Source of the DNA: Gemmatimonadota bacterium
Lineage (GTDB): Bacteria > Gemmatimonadota > Gemmatimonadetes > Palauibacterales > Palauibacteraceae
Length of the DNA: 64,000 nt
Assembly: GCA_039584815.1 (NCBI GenBank)
Contig: JBDGXC010000007.1
Span: 8,440 to 72,439, forward strand
Reading direction: 5' to 3'
In this document: positions 9,944-22,657 of the stretch, piece by piece
Layout of the letters: each line of letters starts with the position of its first letter
Position numbering within the stretch: position 1 is the first letter of the stretch
The notes under the pieces: model-generated
The model's input: only the letters and a program-made list of their open reading frames with translations
Database searches by the model: none
What the model was told of the DNA's origin: nothing
Program-made: the position numbers and the translations under genes

Positions 9944-12900
9944 ATGGGCTGGATCAAAGACATCATCTCGCCGCAGACCCGGAAGTGGGAGGAGTTCTAC
10001 CGCAACCGGTTCCAGCACGATCGAATCGTGCGCAGCACGCACGGGGTGAACTGCACCGGCGGGTGCTCCTGGCAGATCCACGTCAAGGATGGGATCGTCA
10101 CCTGGGAGACGCAGCAACTGGACTACCCGCTTCTGGAGGATTCCCTGCCTCCATACGAGCCCCGGGGATGCCAGCGCGGAATCTCGTTCTCGTGGTACCT
10201 GTACAGCCCGCTCCGCATCAAGTATCCGCTCATCCGTGGCGCGCTCATCGACGCCTACAGAAAGAAGAAACGGGAGACCGGCGACCCGATGAAGGCGTGG
10301 AAGGCTCTGCAGGAAGACGAGGGAGCCCGCCGGGCTTACCAGGAGTCGCGCGGGAAGGGCGGATTCCGGAGAACGAGTTGGGACGAGGTCATGGAGATCA
10401 TGTCCGTCGCCAACATCCACACGGCAGAGAAGTTCGGTCCCGACCGGGTGATCGGGTTCAGCCCGATCCCGGCGATGTCGATGCTGAGCTATGCGGCCGG
10501 CGGCCGGTTCCTCCAACTGTTCGGCGGCGTCAACCTCAGCTTCTATGACTGGTACTGCGACCTGCCCACGGCCTTCCCGGAGATCTGGGGGGAGCAGACC
10601 GACGTGTGCGAGAGCGCCGACTGGTACAACGCGAAGATGATCGCCGACATGGGTGCCTGCCTCAACATGACGCGGACACCCGATTGCCACTTCTTCGCCG
10701 AGTCGAGACACAACGGCACCAAGGCGGTGGTGTTCTCACCCGACTTCAGCCAGGTGTGCAAGTACGCGGACCAGTGGGTGCCGCTCCACGCCGGCAGCGA
10801 CGGCGCGTTCTGGATGGCCACGACCCACGTGATCCTGAGGGAGTTCCATCACGAGAGGCAGACGCCGTACTTCATCGACTACGTGAAGAAGTACACCGAC
10901 AGCCCGTTCCTCGTGAAGCTCGAGAAGGACGGCGAGGCCTACAAACCGGGCCGGCTGCTTCGCGCGTCGGAGATTCCCGCGTACAGCGACATCTCGAACG
11001 GTGACTGGAAGTTCCTCAACATCGACGCCGCCACCGGTGAACTGGTGGTCCCGAAGGGGAGCTCGGGATCCCGATGGGACGAGAAACAGGGCAACTGGAA
11101 CATCAGGCAGGAGAGCGTGGTCGACGACCGGGCCTACGATCCGGTTCTGACCCTGCTCGGACGTACCGACGAGGTCGCACAGACGAAGTTCGTCGAGTTC
11201 GGCCTCGATCGGGAGACGCTGCGCGGCGTTCCGGTCATGCAGATCGAGACGACCGACGGGCCGGTCACGGTGACGACGGTGTACGACCTCACGATGGCCC
11301 AGTTCGGTGTGAGCCGGGGCCTGCCCGGCGACTACCCGGCCGACTACGGCGACAAGAACGCCGCATACACACCCGCCTGGCAGGAGCTGTTCACCGGGGT
11401 CGCGTCCGACACCGTGCTCCAGTTCGCCCGCGAGTGGGCAAGTACCGCCGAGGCCACGGGCGGCAAGTGCATGATCATCATCGGGGCAGGCATCAACCAC
11501 TGGTACCACGCCAACCTGATGTACCGGGCGGGCGCCATGGCCCTGATGCTCACCGGCTGCATCGGCAAGAACGGTGGGGGCCTGAACCACTACGTGGGGC
11601 AGGAGAAGCTTGCCCCGATGGACTCGTGGGGCGCGATCGCGTTCGGCAAGGACTGGCAGGGAGCCGTCCGGCTCCAGCAGACGCCCATCTGGCACTACAT
11701 CAACACGTGCCAGTACCGATACGACGGCCAATTCTCCAAGTACAACACGGTTCCGGAGAACGAGATCACCGGCCAGCACACGGCGGACCAGATCTTCAAG
11801 GCCGTCCGCATGGGCTGGATGCCGTTCTACCCGCAGTTCGACCAGAATTCACTCGACCTGTGCCGAGAGGCCGTCGAGGCGGGGACGACCGACGACGAGG
11901 GTATCAAGCGGTACGTCCTCGAGAAGCTCCGCTCGAAGGAGCTGCAATACTCGGTGAGCGATCCGGAGGCCGAGCACAACTTCCCGCGCGTGTGGTACAT
12001 CTGGCGCGGCAACGCGATCATGGGGAGCATGAAGGGGCACGAGTACGCCCTGAAGCACTACCTCGGCACCCACACCAACGCCATCGCCGAGGACTCCGAG
12101 GACCACACCCGCGAAGTCAAGTGGCACGACATCGCGCCGGTCGGGAAGATGGACCTCATCGTGGACCTCAACTTCCGCATGGACTCCTCGGCCCTGTACT
12201 CGGACATCGTGCTCCCGGCCGCCTCGTGGTACGAGAAGGCGGACCTGAACAGCACGGACATGCACTCGTTCATCCACCCGCTGTCGGCTGCCATCGCGCC
12301 GGTGTGGGAGTCGAAGACCGACTGGAACATCTTCCGCGACCTGGCGAAGGTCACGAGCGAAGCGGCGGAGAAGTACTTCCCCGAGCCGCAGAAGGATGTC
12401 GTCGCCACGCCCATCGCGCACGACTCGGCAGGCGAGATCTCGCAACCGGTGATCAGGGACTGGTACCGGGACGAGTGCGACGCCGTGCCGGGGAAGAGCA
12501 TGCACAATCTGGTCGTGGTGGACCGCGACTATACGAAGCTGTACGACAAGTTCATCAGCCTGGGCGACCGGATCCGCACCTCAGGCCTAGGAGCGCACGG
12601 AAACCACTATCAGTGCGAGGACGCGTACGACGAGATGGTCGCGTCCGCCCACTTCCCGGTCGAGCGCCGCAACGGGGACCTCCTGCCGTCGCTGAAGGAA
12701 GACGAGTGGGCCGCCAACGCGGTGCTGCATCTCTCGACGTTGACGAACGGCGCACTCAACGTGCGTGCTTATCGCGGCGCCGAGAAACGCACAGGCCTCG
12801 ATCTCGTGGACCTGGGCGCGGGGAGCGAGGACCTCCGGATCCGTTATGCCGACCTGCAGGCTCAGCCGCGACGGTACAACACGTCGCCGCTGTGGTCGGG

Positions 12901-13558
12901 CGTGATGAATAGAGGCAGGGCCTACGCCGCGTTTACGTACAACGTCGAGAAGCTGGTCCCGTGGCGTACGCTGACCGGCCGCCAGCACTTCTACCTCGAT
13001 CACGAGATGTACCTGGCGTACGGGGAGAACCTTCCGACCTACAAGCCGTCACCCAAGCCGGAGGCGTACGGCGACCTGAAGCAGACGCTGAAGGACGGGG
13101 ACGCGATGATCCTGAACTGTCTCACCCCGCACGGGAAGTGGCACATCCACTCCACGTACGGCGACAACCACCGCATGCTGACCCTTTCGAGGGGCTGCGA
13201 GCCGGTGTGGCTGAGCGAGGTGGACGCCGAGGAGCTCGGCATTCAGGACAACGACTGGTGCGAGGTCTACAACGACCACGGCGTGTACGCCGCGCGCGCC
13301 GCCGTGAGCGCCCGCATCCCGAAGGGCGTGTGCATCGTGTACCACGTGCCCGAGCGCACGATAGGCATTCCGAAGTCGCAGGTGCGCGGCGGCAAGCGGG
13401 CCGGGGGACACAACAGCTTCACCCGCATCCACCTCAAGCCCAATTTCCTGGCCGGCGGCTACGGCCAGTTCACGTACCACTTCAACTACTGGGGCCCCAT
13501 AGCCCCGAACCGGGACACGCACGTCGTCGTCAAGCGGATGGACAAGGTGGAGTTCTGA
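9944..13558 (+). CDS. narG: Respiratory nitrate reductase alpha subunit.
   Basis: 1204 aa. N-terminal FS0 ligand motif [18 protein letters not shown]. Molybdopterin oxidoreductase architecture, and the length is typical of NarG. Confidence 0.95.
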   Translation: MGWIKDIISPQTRKWEEFYRNRFQHDRIVRSTHGVNCTGGCSWQIHVKDGIVTWETQQLDYPLLEDSLPPYEPRGCQRGISFSWYLYSPLRIKYPLIRGALIDAYRKKKRETGDPMKAWKALQEDEGARRAYQESRGKGGFRRTSWDEVMEIMSVANIHTAEKFGPDRVIGFSPIPAMSMLSYAAGGRFLQLFGGVNLSFYDWYCDLPTAFPEIWGEQTDVCESADWYNAKMIADMGACLNMTRTPDCHFFAESRHNGTKAVVFSPDFSQVCKYADQWVPLHAGSDGAFWMATTHVILREFHHERQTPYFIDYVKKYTDSPFLVKLEKDGEAYKPGRLLRASEIPAYSDISNGDWKFLNIDAATGELVVPKGSSGSRWDEKQGNWNIRQESVVDDRAYDPVLTLLGRTDEVAQTKFVEFGLDRETLRGVPVMQIETTDGPVTVTTVYDLTMAQFGVSRGLPGDYPADYGDKNAAYTPAWQELFTGVASDTVLQFAREWASTAEATGGKCMIIIGAGINHWYHANLMYRAGAMALMLTGCIGKNGGGLNHYVGQEKLAPMDSWGAIAFGKDWQGAVRLQQTPIWHYINTCQYRYDGQFSKYNTVPENEITGQHTADQIFKAVRMGWMPFYPQFDQNSLDLCREAVEAGTTDDEGIKRYVLEKLRSKELQYSVSDPEAEHNFPRVWYIWRGNAIMGSMKGHEYALKHYLGTHTNAIAEDSEDHTREVKWHDIAPVGKMDLIVDLNFRMDSSALYSDIVLPAASWYEKADLNSTDMHSFIHPLSAAIAPVWESKTDWNIFRDLAKVTSEAAEKYFPEPQKDVVATPIAHDSAGEISQPVIRDWYRDECDAVPGKSMHNLVVVDRDYTKLYDKFISLGDRIRTSGLGAHGNHYQCEDAYDEMVASAHFPVERRNGDLLPSLKEDEWAANAVLHLSTLTNGALNVRAYRGAEKRTGLDLVDLGAGSEDLRIRYADLQAQPRRYNTSPLWSGVMNRGRAYAAFTYNVEKLVPWRTLTGRQHFYLDHEMYLAYGENLPTYKPSPKPEAYGDLKQTLKDGDAMILNCLTPHGKWHIHSTYGDNHRMLTLSRGCEPVWLSEVDAEELGIQDNDWCEVYNDHGVYAARAAVSARIPKGVCIVYHVPERTIGIPKSQVRGGKRAGGHNSFTRIHLKPNFLAGGYGQFTYHFNYWGPIAPNRDTHVVVKRMDKVEF

Positions 13559-13593
13559 TCGCCTCAGGATCGCGCAAGCACGGGAGACTCGAG

Positions 13594-15147
<1,554 letters not shown>

Positions 15148-15148
15148 G

Positions 15149-15865
15149 ATGCCGGTTCTGACTCGCTACGAACGGCTCGCCGACCTCTTCGAGTATCCGG
15201 GCCCGGACTATCCGGAGCGGGTCGACACCGCGTGGAACCTGCTCGAGGGTCGCTATCCGGAGGCGGCGTCCAGGCTGGAGGCCTTCGCGAGCGCCCTGCC
15301 GCCCGGAGACGGGACGCTGTCAGAGGAAGAGCTGCACGAGGTTCAGGAGATCTTCACCCGCTCCTTCGACGTGCAGCCGATCACTACGCTCGGCGTGGGC
15401 TACGTCATGTTCGGGGATGACTACAAGCGGGGTGAGGTTCTGGTGAACCTGAGCCGCGAGCACCGGGAGGCCGGCGTCGATTGCGGCACCGAGCTTCCCG
15501 ACCACCTTCCGACGGTGCTGCGGCTGCTGGCCAGATGGCGGAACCCGGAACTTGCCACGGAGTTCGTCGAGGCGCTCCTGCACCCGGCGCTCGAGATGAT
15601 GATCGCGGAATTCGAGCCGAACCACATGGAAGAGCGCAATCGACTGTATCAAAAGCACTTCAAGACCTTGATCGCCTCCTCGCGGGAGCGAAGTACGATC
15701 TATCGCGAGCCGCTGGCAGCGCTGTTGGCCGTGCTCAGAGTGGACTTCGAGCTCTCTGAGCTCGAAAGACCGGTGCAGGTGAGCGATTTCCTGAGTTCCA
15801 TCGGCCGCGAGCTGGACATCGAGGCCAGCGAAGGGCGCCGGGCGAAGTCGAGGAGCATGCTATGA
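15149..15865 (+). CDS. narJ: Nitrate reductase assembly chaperone.
   Basis: Lies between narH and narI. The ATG at 15149 is one nt after the narH stop (TGAgATG). About 238 aa, the size of NarJ. Confidence 0.85.
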   Translation: MPVLTRYERLADLFEYPGPDYPERVDTAWNLLEGRYPEAASRLEAFASALPPGDGTLSEEELHEVQEIFTRSFDVQPITTLGVGYVMFGDDYKRGEVLVNLSREHREAGVDCGTELPDHLPTVLRLLARWRNPELATEFVEALLHPALEMMIAEFEPNHMEERNRLYQKHFKTLIASSRERSTIYREPLAALLAVLRVDFELSELERPVQVSDFLSSIGRELDIEASEGRRAKSRSML

Positions 15866-16590
15866 ACGTCCTCAACACTGTTTTCTTCATCGCGTTCCCG
15901 TACGTCGCGATCATGGTCTTCGTGCTGGGGCTGGCGTACCGGTACCGGAGGAAGAGCTTCACGATCTCCTCGCTGTCCTCTCAATTCCTCGAGGGAAGGC
16001 AGCTCTTCTGGGGCAGTGTTCCGTTTCATGTCGGGCTGCTGGTCGTGTTCTTGGGCCACCTGATAGCGTTCCTGCTCCCGCAGGCCAACCTCGCGTGGAA
16101 CCGCGTTCCGGTACGCCTGATCATCCTCGAGGTGACCGCCTTCGTGTTCGGCGTCACCGTGTTCGTCGGCCTGGTCTCCCTCATGTGGCGTAGGCTCACG
16201 AACAGGCGCGTGCGAGCAGTGACCACGCCGATGGACATCGCCATCGAACTGCTGCTGCTGGCCCAGGTCGTGCTGGGACTGTGGATCGCCCTCGGCTTCC
16301 GCTGGGGAGCCTCCTGGTTCGCGGCGGACCTGTCGCCATACCTGTGGTCCCTGGTCACGCTCACCCCGGAGACGACAGCCGTGTTCGCGCTGCCGTGGGT
16401 GATCAAGCTCCATATCCTGGGCGCGTTCGTCCTGGTTTTCATGATCCCGTTCACGCGACTGGCGCACTTCATCGTCGCCCCTCTGCACTACATCGTCAGG
16501 CCGTATCAGAAGGTGATCTGGAACTGGGACCGCAAGGCGATCCGTGATCCCAGGACCCCATGGACGCGGGTGCGTCCGCGCAACAACTGA
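15862..16590 (+). CDS. narI: Respiratory nitrate reductase gamma subunit (dihaem b membrane anchor).
   Basis: 242 aa with five TM helices and conserved His residues. The ATGA overlap with the narJ stop indicates translational coupling. Confidence 0.9.
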   Translation: MNVLNTVFFIAFPYVAIMVFVLGLAYRYRRKSFTISSLSSQFLEGRQLFWGSVPFHVGLLVVFLGHLIAFLLPQANLAWNRVPVRLIILEVTAFVFGVTVFVGLVSLMWRRLTNRRVRAVTTPMDIAIELLLLAQVVLGLWIALGFRWGASWFAADLSPYLWSLVTLTPETTAVFALPWVIKLHILGAFVLVFMIPFTRLAHFIVAPLHYIVRPYQKVIWNWDRKAIRDPRTPWTRVRPRNN

Positions 16591-16651
16591 GGACGGAGAC
16601 GCGCGCCGGGGAGGTCGGGCGCGCCCGAAGGAGCGACAACGGAGGAACTGG

Positions 16652-18286
16652 ATGACTGACGACCAGGGCAGGAGCTGGCCCGACTACTGGGATCCGGAGG
16701 ACGGGGCGTTCTGGGGCCGCGAGGGCAAGCGCATCGCGAACCGGAACCTGTGGATCTCGATTCCCAATCTGCTCCTCGCCTTCGCGGTGTGGATCTACTG
16801 GGGAATGGTCGCCAAGTACATTCAGCAGCTCCACTTCGCCTCCGGCGGCGATCTGTTCAACTTCACGTTCATGAACGGCGGGGAGCCTTACGCCGAAGCC
16901 GGATACCGGGCCCTTCTGTTCACCCTTCCTGCGGTCGCGGGCCTGGCCGGGGCGACGCTTCGGATTCCGAATTCGTTCATGATCGCCATCTGCGGAGGGC
17001 GGAACGTCAAGTTCATGACGAGCGCGCTCCTCATATTGCCGGCGCTCTCCACCGGGATCGCGCTCCAGGATCACACCACTCCGTTCTGGATCTTCATCAT
17101 CCTCGCGGCGCTCTCGGGCGTCGGAGGCGGGGCGTTCGCCTCGTCCATGTCGAACATCAGCTTCTTCTTCCCGAAATCGAAGCAGGGGCTGGCGCTGGGG
17201 CTCAACGCGGGCCTCGGCAACCTGGGGGTCAGCGTCATGCAGTTCGTGATCCCCTGGGTGATCACCTTCCGCCTGTTCGGTGCCCTGAGCGGTGACCCCT
17301 ACGAGCTTCAGGCGGCCGGCGCGCCCTCGGAGATGTGGATCCAGAACGCGAGCCTGGTCTGGGTACCGATCCTCGCGCTGTTCGCGATCCTAGCCTTCAT
17401 GGGCATGAACAACCTTCCCTTCCACAAGGTCGGAGCTACCCCGACCGCCGTCGGGAAATACCTGTGGCTCACGTTTCTCGGATTCGTGGGCGCCGCGGCC
17501 GGTATCGTTCTGCTGATTCTCCCGTGGGGGGGCTTTCCCGTTCTGCTCAAGACATTCGTGGTCGTGGTGGTTGCCGTGGTCGTCACGCTGGCAGGAATGC
17601 GCTACCTGACGCCGCGCGAGACGCGGGAAAGCCTGGACGAGCAGTTCGGAATCTTCAAGATGAAGCACAACTGGATCATGACCTATCTGTACGTCATGAC
17701 CTTCGGTTCCTTCATCGGATACGCCAACGCCTTCCCAAAGCTGATCGACGACGTCTTCGGGGTGATCCGGGTCGGCGAGCAGGCCGGCCAGGCGACGGGC
17801 CTGAGCTCTGCCGCCTACATCTGGATCGGCGCGGGAGTCGGAGCGCTGATCCGGCCCTTGGGAGGCTGGCTGTCGGACAAGCTGGGCGGTGCCCGCGTGA
17901 CCCACTGGGACACGATCGTCATGATCGGGTCGACGATCGGCGCGGGATACGTCGTTTCGCTGGCCCTGCAGTCACCGGACCCGGCGCAGTACTTCTTCCC
18001 GTTCCTGGGCCTGTTCATCGTGCTCTTCGCGACGACCGGCATCGGGAACGGGTCCACGTTCCGCATGATCGGCGTGATCTTCAAGAAGGACAATCGCGGG
18101 CCCGTGCTCGGCTGGACCTCGGCGATCGCCGCGTACGGCGCCTACCTGATTCCGAAGATCTTCGCGACGCAGATCCAGGCAGGGACGCCGCAGAACGCGC
18201 TGTACGGGTTCGCCGTGTACTACGCGACCTGCCTCGCGCTGAACTGGTGGTTCTACGCCCGGAAGAACGCGGAAATCGTGTGTTGA
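16652..18286 (+). CDS. narK: Nitrate/nitrite MFS transporter, copy 1.
   Basis: 12-TM MFS with NarK-type Gly-rich motifs. Starts MTDDQGRSWPDYW. RBS ggagga 8 nt upstream of the ATG at 16652. Confidence 0.9.
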   Translation: MTDDQGRSWPDYWDPEDGAFWGREGKRIANRNLWISIPNLLLAFAVWIYWGMVAKYIQQLHFASGGDLFNFTFMNGGEPYAEAGYRALLFTLPAVAGLAGATLRIPNSFMIAICGGRNVKFMTSALLILPALSTGIALQDHTTPFWIFIILAALSGVGGGAFASSMSNISFFFPKSKQGLALGLNAGLGNLGVSVMQFVIPWVITFRLFGALSGDPYELQAAGAPSEMWIQNASLVWVPILALFAILAFMGMNNLPFHKVGATPTAVGKYLWLTFLGFVGAAAGIVLLILPWGGFPVLLKTFVVVVVAVVVTLAGMRYLTPRETRESLDEQFGIFKMKHNWIMTYLYVMTFGSFIGYANAFPKLIDDVFGVIRVGEQAGQATGLSSAAYIWIGAGVGALIRPLGGWLSDKLGGARVTHWDTIVMIGSTIGAGYVVSLALQSPDPAQYFFPFLGLFIVLFATTGIGNGSTFRMIGVIFKKDNRGPVLGWTSAIAAYGAYLIPKIFATQIQAGTPQNALYGFAVYYATCLALNWWFYARKNAEIVC

Positions 18287-18359
18287 TCGGCGCCCACCCC
18301 GTCCATCGAATCCCGGGCCGGCCGTCCCGCCGGTCCCGCAACACCGGTGAGTCGAGCTC

Positions 18360-19835
18360 ATGAAAGAACAGCGCGGAGCCTGGCGCATACTCGCGCTCAA
18401 CACGATCGCGTTCACGGTCTGCTTCGCGGCCTGGATGCTGAACGGCGTGCTGGTGACATTCCTGGTGGAGAACGGGATCTTCGATTGGGACACGGCGCAG
18501 ATGGGCACCCTGATCGGTATCCCGGTTCTCACGGGCTCTATCATGCGACTGCCTCTCGGGATGCTCACCGACAGGTACGGGGGCCGCCCCGTGTACGCGG
18601 CGCTGATGCTCCTGTGCGCCGTGCCGATGTACCTGCTGAGTCAGGTTAATTCCTACGACGGCTACCTCCTGGCCAGCCTCGGCTTCGGGCTCACGGGCAC
18701 ATCGTTCGCCGTAGGCATCGCCTTTTCGTCGGTCTGGTTCAGCCGTGAGCACCAGGGGACGGCGCTCGGGATCTTCGGAGCCGGAAACGCCGGCGCCGCG
18801 CTGACGGTCATGCTCGCGCCGGGGATCCTGCGGTCTCTCACGAACGGCGGGCAGGATCTGGAGCGCTGGCGAATGCTTCCGCAGTACTACGCCGCCCTGC
18901 TCGTCGGCATGGCGATCGTGTTCTTCCTGTTCACGAAGAACAGGAAACCGGAGGTCGCCTCGCAGCGGACCGTGCTACAGATGCTCGGGCCGCTCCGGAA
19001 CATGCGTGTGTGGCGCTTCGGCCTGTACTACTTCCTCGTGTTCGGCGGCTTCGTGGCCCTGGCACAGTGGCTCGTGCCGTATTACGTGAACGTCTACTCG
19101 ATGACCATCGTCACTGCCGGCCTCCTGACGTCCATCTTCTCGCTTCCGTCCGGCGTGGTCCGCGCCCTTGGTGGATACCTGTCCGACAGGCTGGGGGCAC
19201 GCACCGTGATGTATTGGATCCTGGGGACGATCGGCGTGTGCTGTCTGCTGCTCTTCTTCCCGAAGATGGAGGTCGAGTCGCCGGGCAGCGGGGTCATGGC
19301 CAGGAGGAGCGGCACGGTCACGCGGGTCACGGACGCCGAAGTCCGGGTCGGCGACGACGTGTACACCCTGACCGCGAGGCCGGATGACGAGATCGACGAG
19401 TCACGCGCTCATGTCCTGCCGGTCATACGTTCCTGGCACGTGCCCGAAGTGACCCTCGGCCAGACCGTGGGAAAGCGGACCCTCCTGGCCAGCGGCGTCA
19501 CCAAGATCTTCTTCCAGGCCAACGTCTGGATCTTCACGATCCTCGTTTTCGTCATCGGGATCGCGATGGGAATCGGGAAGGCCGCGGTCTACAAGTACAT
19601 ACCCGAGTACTTCCCAACCGAGGTCGGCGTCGTGGGCGGAGCCGTGGGGGTCATCGGTGGTCTCGGGGGCTTCTTCTGCCCGATCATCTTCGGTTATCTG
19701 CTGAGAGGTATCGGACTCTGGACCACCACCTGGATCTTCTTCTTCCTGGTGACAATGACGTGTTTGATCTGGCTCCACATCACGGTGAAGCGGATCACGC
19801 GGCGGGAGACGGCCATCGAGGCTGTCCAGGCCTGA
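18360..19835 (+). CDS. narK: Nitrate/nitrite MFS transporter, copy 2, carrying a roughly 80-aa insertion between TM9 and TM10.
   Basis: 12-TM NarK-like protein, MKEQRGAWRILALNTIAF... An extra soluble segment, MEVESPGSGVMARRSGTVTRVTDAEVRVGDDVYTLTARPDDEIDESRAHVLPVIRSWHVPEVTLGQTVGKRTLLASGV, is absent from copy 1. Confidence 0.85.
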   Translation: MKEQRGAWRILALNTIAFTVCFAAWMLNGVLVTFLVENGIFDWDTAQMGTLIGIPVLTGSIMRLPLGMLTDRYGGRPVYAALMLLCAVPMYLLSQVNSYDGYLLASLGFGLTGTSFAVGIAFSSVWFSREHQGTALGIFGAGNAGAALTVMLAPGILRSLTNGGQDLERWRMLPQYYAALLVGMAIVFFLFTKNRKPEVASQRTVLQMLGPLRNMRVWRFGLYYFLVFGGFVALAQWLVPYYVNVYSMTIVTAGLLTSIFSLPSGVVRALGGYLSDRLGARTVMYWILGTIGVCCLLLFFPKMEVESPGSGVMARRSGTVTRVTDAEVRVGDDVYTLTARPDDEIDESRAHVLPVIRSWHVPEVTLGQTVGKRTLLASGVTKIFFQANVWIFTILVFVIGIAMGIGKAAVYKYIPEYFPTEVGVVGGAVGVIGGLGGFFCPIIFGYLLRGIGLWTTTWIFFFLVTMTCLIWLHITVKRITRRETAIEAVQA

Positions 19836-19857
19836 GGCGACAGACGGAAGTCGCGAG

Positions 19858-20727
19858 TCAGGTGGCGCGAGAGCGGCTCTCTACGGTGCGCGCCGCGAAC
19901 TTCTCGAACGAAGTGGGCTGACGACCGAGCAGTCGCCGGAGAGCTTCGGAGCTACCGGTGAAATCGTTGCGATCGTAGTAACGGAACATCCGGACCAGGG
20001 CATCGACCTGATACTCTCCGAGGCCGGTTGCCCCTGCCGTCCGCTCCCAGTCTTCCACCTCCTCGAACTCCGCACGAACGGGTCTTCCGAGCTGGCGCTC
20101 CAGAGAATCTGCGATCCCGGTGACCGCGATCGCCTCAGGTCCGCACAGCTCGTACGTGGCGCCCTCGTGTCCCGGCGACGTCAGCACGACTGCAGCCGCC
20201 TCCGCCACGTCCTCGAGATCGACGAGGCTCATCTCGACATCGGTGCCGTACGGGACCCCGAGCACACCACGCCCCACGATCGAGTCCCACTCGGCCAGCA
20301 CGTTCTGCATGTAGGCGCACGGCTGGAGGATCGTGAACTGGAGCCCGGAGTCGCGCAGCCGCCTCTCGACCCCGTGCTTCAGCCAGTGGTGGGGCATCGC
20401 CTCGACGGCCGGCAGGAGCACCGAGTGGTACACGAAGCGTTCGACCCCGGCGGAGCGGGCGGCGGCGATCGCGGATTCCCCGATCGCGACCTCATCCGGA
20501 TGCACGTTCGGGCAGATGTGATAGATCGTCCCGACGCCCGACGCGGCGACGCGGAGCGCCTCCGGGTCACGCATGTCGGCCGCCACGACCTCGCTCGCGC
20601 CAAGCCGTCGCATCGTCTCGAACGCTTCCTCGCGGAACACCAGCGCCCGAACCCGCTCTTCCCGGTCCGCCAGCGCCCGCACCGCTGCACATCCGGTCTT
20701 CCCGGCGGCGCCCGTCACGAGAATCAT
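19858..20727 (-). CDS. NmrA-like NAD(P)-binding protein (atypical SDR).
   Basis: N-terminal Rossmann motif MILVTGAAGKTGCAAVRAL. The ATG at 20727 was chosen over the longer track ORF because the upstream extension is low-complexity. Confidence 0.7.
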   Translation of the reverse strand: MILVTGAAGKTGCAAVRALADREERVRALVFREEAFETMRRLGASEVVAADMRDPEALRVAASGVGTIYHICPNVHPDEVAIGESAIAAARSAGVERFVYHSVLLPAVEAMPHHWLKHGVERRLRDSGLQFTILQPCAYMQNVLAEWDSIVGRGVLGVPYGTDVEMSLVDLEDVAEAAAVVLTSPGHEGATYELCGPEAIAVTGIADSLERQLGRPVRAEFEEVEDWERTAGATGLGEYQVDALVRMFRYYDRNDFTGSSEALRRLLGRQPTSFEKFAARTVESRSRAT

Positions 20728-20954
20728 CTGCAGCTCCACTCCCGACGCGCTCTCGTGAGCACAAGATCCTGGTTGCCCGTCATGATCGGGGTCGCCTGTC
20801 GTTGCGCCCCCGCGGCGGTCCGATTCAGCGTGAGAGAGAGCTTCCCGTTCCTCGCCCTGACTGCAAACATGGTATACATTTCCGGCGCCCTCCGCCGTGC
20901 ACGACATGCGCCGACCTTGATACCGAGAGCTTCGACCACGGGTCCGCGAGAGCC

Positions 20955-21332
20955 ATGACGATCAACCTGTACGCCGCCTGGATCGGGTTCCTGCTCGGCG
21001 CCCTCGCCGGGGCGATCACCGGCCTGTTCTTCCGCGACGAGCGGTGGCTCGGCGGATATGCCGGATGGCGCCGCCGGATGGTCCGCCTCGGTCACGTGGC
21101 CTTTTTCGGAATCGGCTTCCTGAACCTCGGGTTCGCCCTCACGGTGGGCGCGCTGCGAATCGAGACCGGAGTAGAGCTCCCGGGCTACCTGCTGCTCCTC
21201 GGCGCCGGCACAATGCCCGTGGTGTGCTACCTGGCCGCGTTCCGCGACGGCTTCCGTCACCTGTTCTTCGTTCCTGCCGGCTCCGTGATCGTCGCGATCG
21301 CGGCCTTCCTGTGGAGGCTGGCCCTCCGATGA
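20955..21332 (+). CDS. Small polytopic membrane protein (125 aa) of unknown function.
   Basis: MTINLYAAWIGFLLGALAGAITGLFF... with four predicted TM helices. Its stop overlaps the start of the downstream B12-rSAM gene (ATGA at 21329-21332). Confidence 0.55.
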   Translation: MTINLYAAWIGFLLGALAGAITGLFFRDERWLGGYAGWRRRMVRLGHVAFFGIGFLNLGFALTVGALRIETGVELPGYLLLLGAGTMPVVCYLAAFRDGFRHLFFVPAGSVIVAIAAFLWRLALR

Positions 21333-22657
21333 ACATCGGTCTGATCGCGGTGAGCGGGATTCGGGTGGTCGACCAGGAGCTTCTCCACCTCGGCCTCACG
21401 CTCCCCGGCTTCGTGGAGCGCAGCAAGACAATCGCGTCCCTTCCCAGCCTGGGGCTTCTGACGCTGGCGGCGCTCACGCCTCCCGAACACGAGATCCACT
21501 ACCTGGAGGTGCCGGATCCTGGAGCGCCGGGCCACATCCCCGACGGACTCGACCTGGTCGCCATCTCCTCCTACACCGCACAGATACCCGAAGCCTACGG
21601 GCTCGCGGACCGGTTCCGCGAGCGGGGCGTGCCCGTCGTCATGGGGGGACCGCACGTCAGCGCTCTGCCGGAGGAGGCCGCGGACCACTGCGACGCCGTG
21701 GTGATCGGCGAGGGCGAGCCCGTCTGGAACCGGCTCCTGTCGGACTGCGCCGACCAGCGGCTCGAGGACGTGTACGACGCCCGTCCCCACGAGTACGATC
21801 TGGTGGAAGCTCCCGTCCCGGCGTTCGAGTTGCTGGACATCTCGCGGTACAACCGGCTGACAGTGCAGGCGAGCCGCGGCTGCCCGCACCGATGCGAGTT
21901 CTGCGCCAGCTCGGTGCTCCTGACCGACCGGTACAAGCAGAAGCCCGTCGCGAGCGTTGTCCGGGAGATCGATCGGATCCTGGAGATCTGGGACCAGCCC
22001 TTCATCGAATTCGCAGACGACAACGCGCTCGTGAACCGGGCGTACTGGAAGGAGCTTCTCGTCGCGCTCGAGCCCAGAGGGGTGAGCTGGTTCGCCGAGA
22101 CCGACCTGTCCGTGGCCCGGGACGACGAGCTTCTGGAGCTGATGCGCCGGAGCGGGTGCGCCCAGGTACTGATCGGCCTCGAGAGCCCCGTTCCGGAGGG
22201 CCTCGCGGGCCTCGAGCTGCGGAACGACTGGAAGTACCGGAAGTTCCCCGGCTGCCGGGACGCGATCCGGACGATCCAGTCGCACGGGATCACCGTGAAC
22301 GGCTGCTTTGTCCTCGGCCTGGACGGACATACGCCGGGGATCTTCGACCACGTGTTCGAGTTCGTGCGGGACGCGGGTCTCTACGAAGTCCAGGTGACGA
22401 TCCTTACTCCGTTTCCGGGCACGCCGCTGTACGAGCGACTCGAGCGGGAGGACAGGCTGCTCGAGCCGCGGGCCTGGGACAGATGCACCCTGTTCGACGT
22501 GAACTACCGTCCCGCCGGCATGTGCCCGGCGGACCTGGCCGGCGGGTTCAGGGACCTGGTCGTGCGGCTGTACAGCGACGAGTTCACCCGCCGGCGACGC
22601 AGCAACTTCCGGAAGTCCCTCCGGGAGGACCTCCGAGAGAGGAGAAGACCGACATGA
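21329..22657 (+). CDS. B12-binding radical SAM protein (class B rSAM).
   Basis: The N-terminal cobalamin-binding-like domain (LIAVSGIRV..VAISSYTAQIPEAYGLADRFRERGVPVVMGGPHVS) is followed by the rSAM cluster motif CPHRCEFC. Translationally coupled to both flanking membrane-protein genes. Confidence 0.8.
   Translation: MNIGLIAVSGIRVVDQELLHLGLTLPGFVERSKTIASLPSLGLLTLAALTPPEHEIHYLEVPDPGAPGHIPDGLDLVAISSYTAQIPEAYGLADRFRERGVPVVMGGPHVSALPEEAADHCDAVVIGEGEPVWNRLLSDCADQRLEDVYDARPHEYDLVEAPVPAFELLDISRYNRLTVQASRGCPHRCEFCASSVLLTDRYKQKPVASVVREIDRILEIWDQPFIEFADDNALVNRAYWKELLVALEPRGVSWFAETDLSVARDDELLELMRRSGCAQVLIGLESPVPEGLAGLELRNDWKYRKFPGCRDAIRTIQSHGITVNGCFVLGLDGHTPGIFDHVFEFVRDAGLYEVQVTILTPFPGTPLYERLEREDRLLEPRAWDRCTLFDVNYRPAGMCPADLAGGFRDLVVRLYSDEFTRRRRSNFRKSLREDLRERRRPT

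Noticed and set aside
10736-12912. Long ORFs within narG (10736..11779 minus, 11074..12912 plus, 11849..12505 minus).
   Set aside because: Alternate-frame or antisense artefacts inside a gene with a contiguous 1204-aa NarG reading frame.
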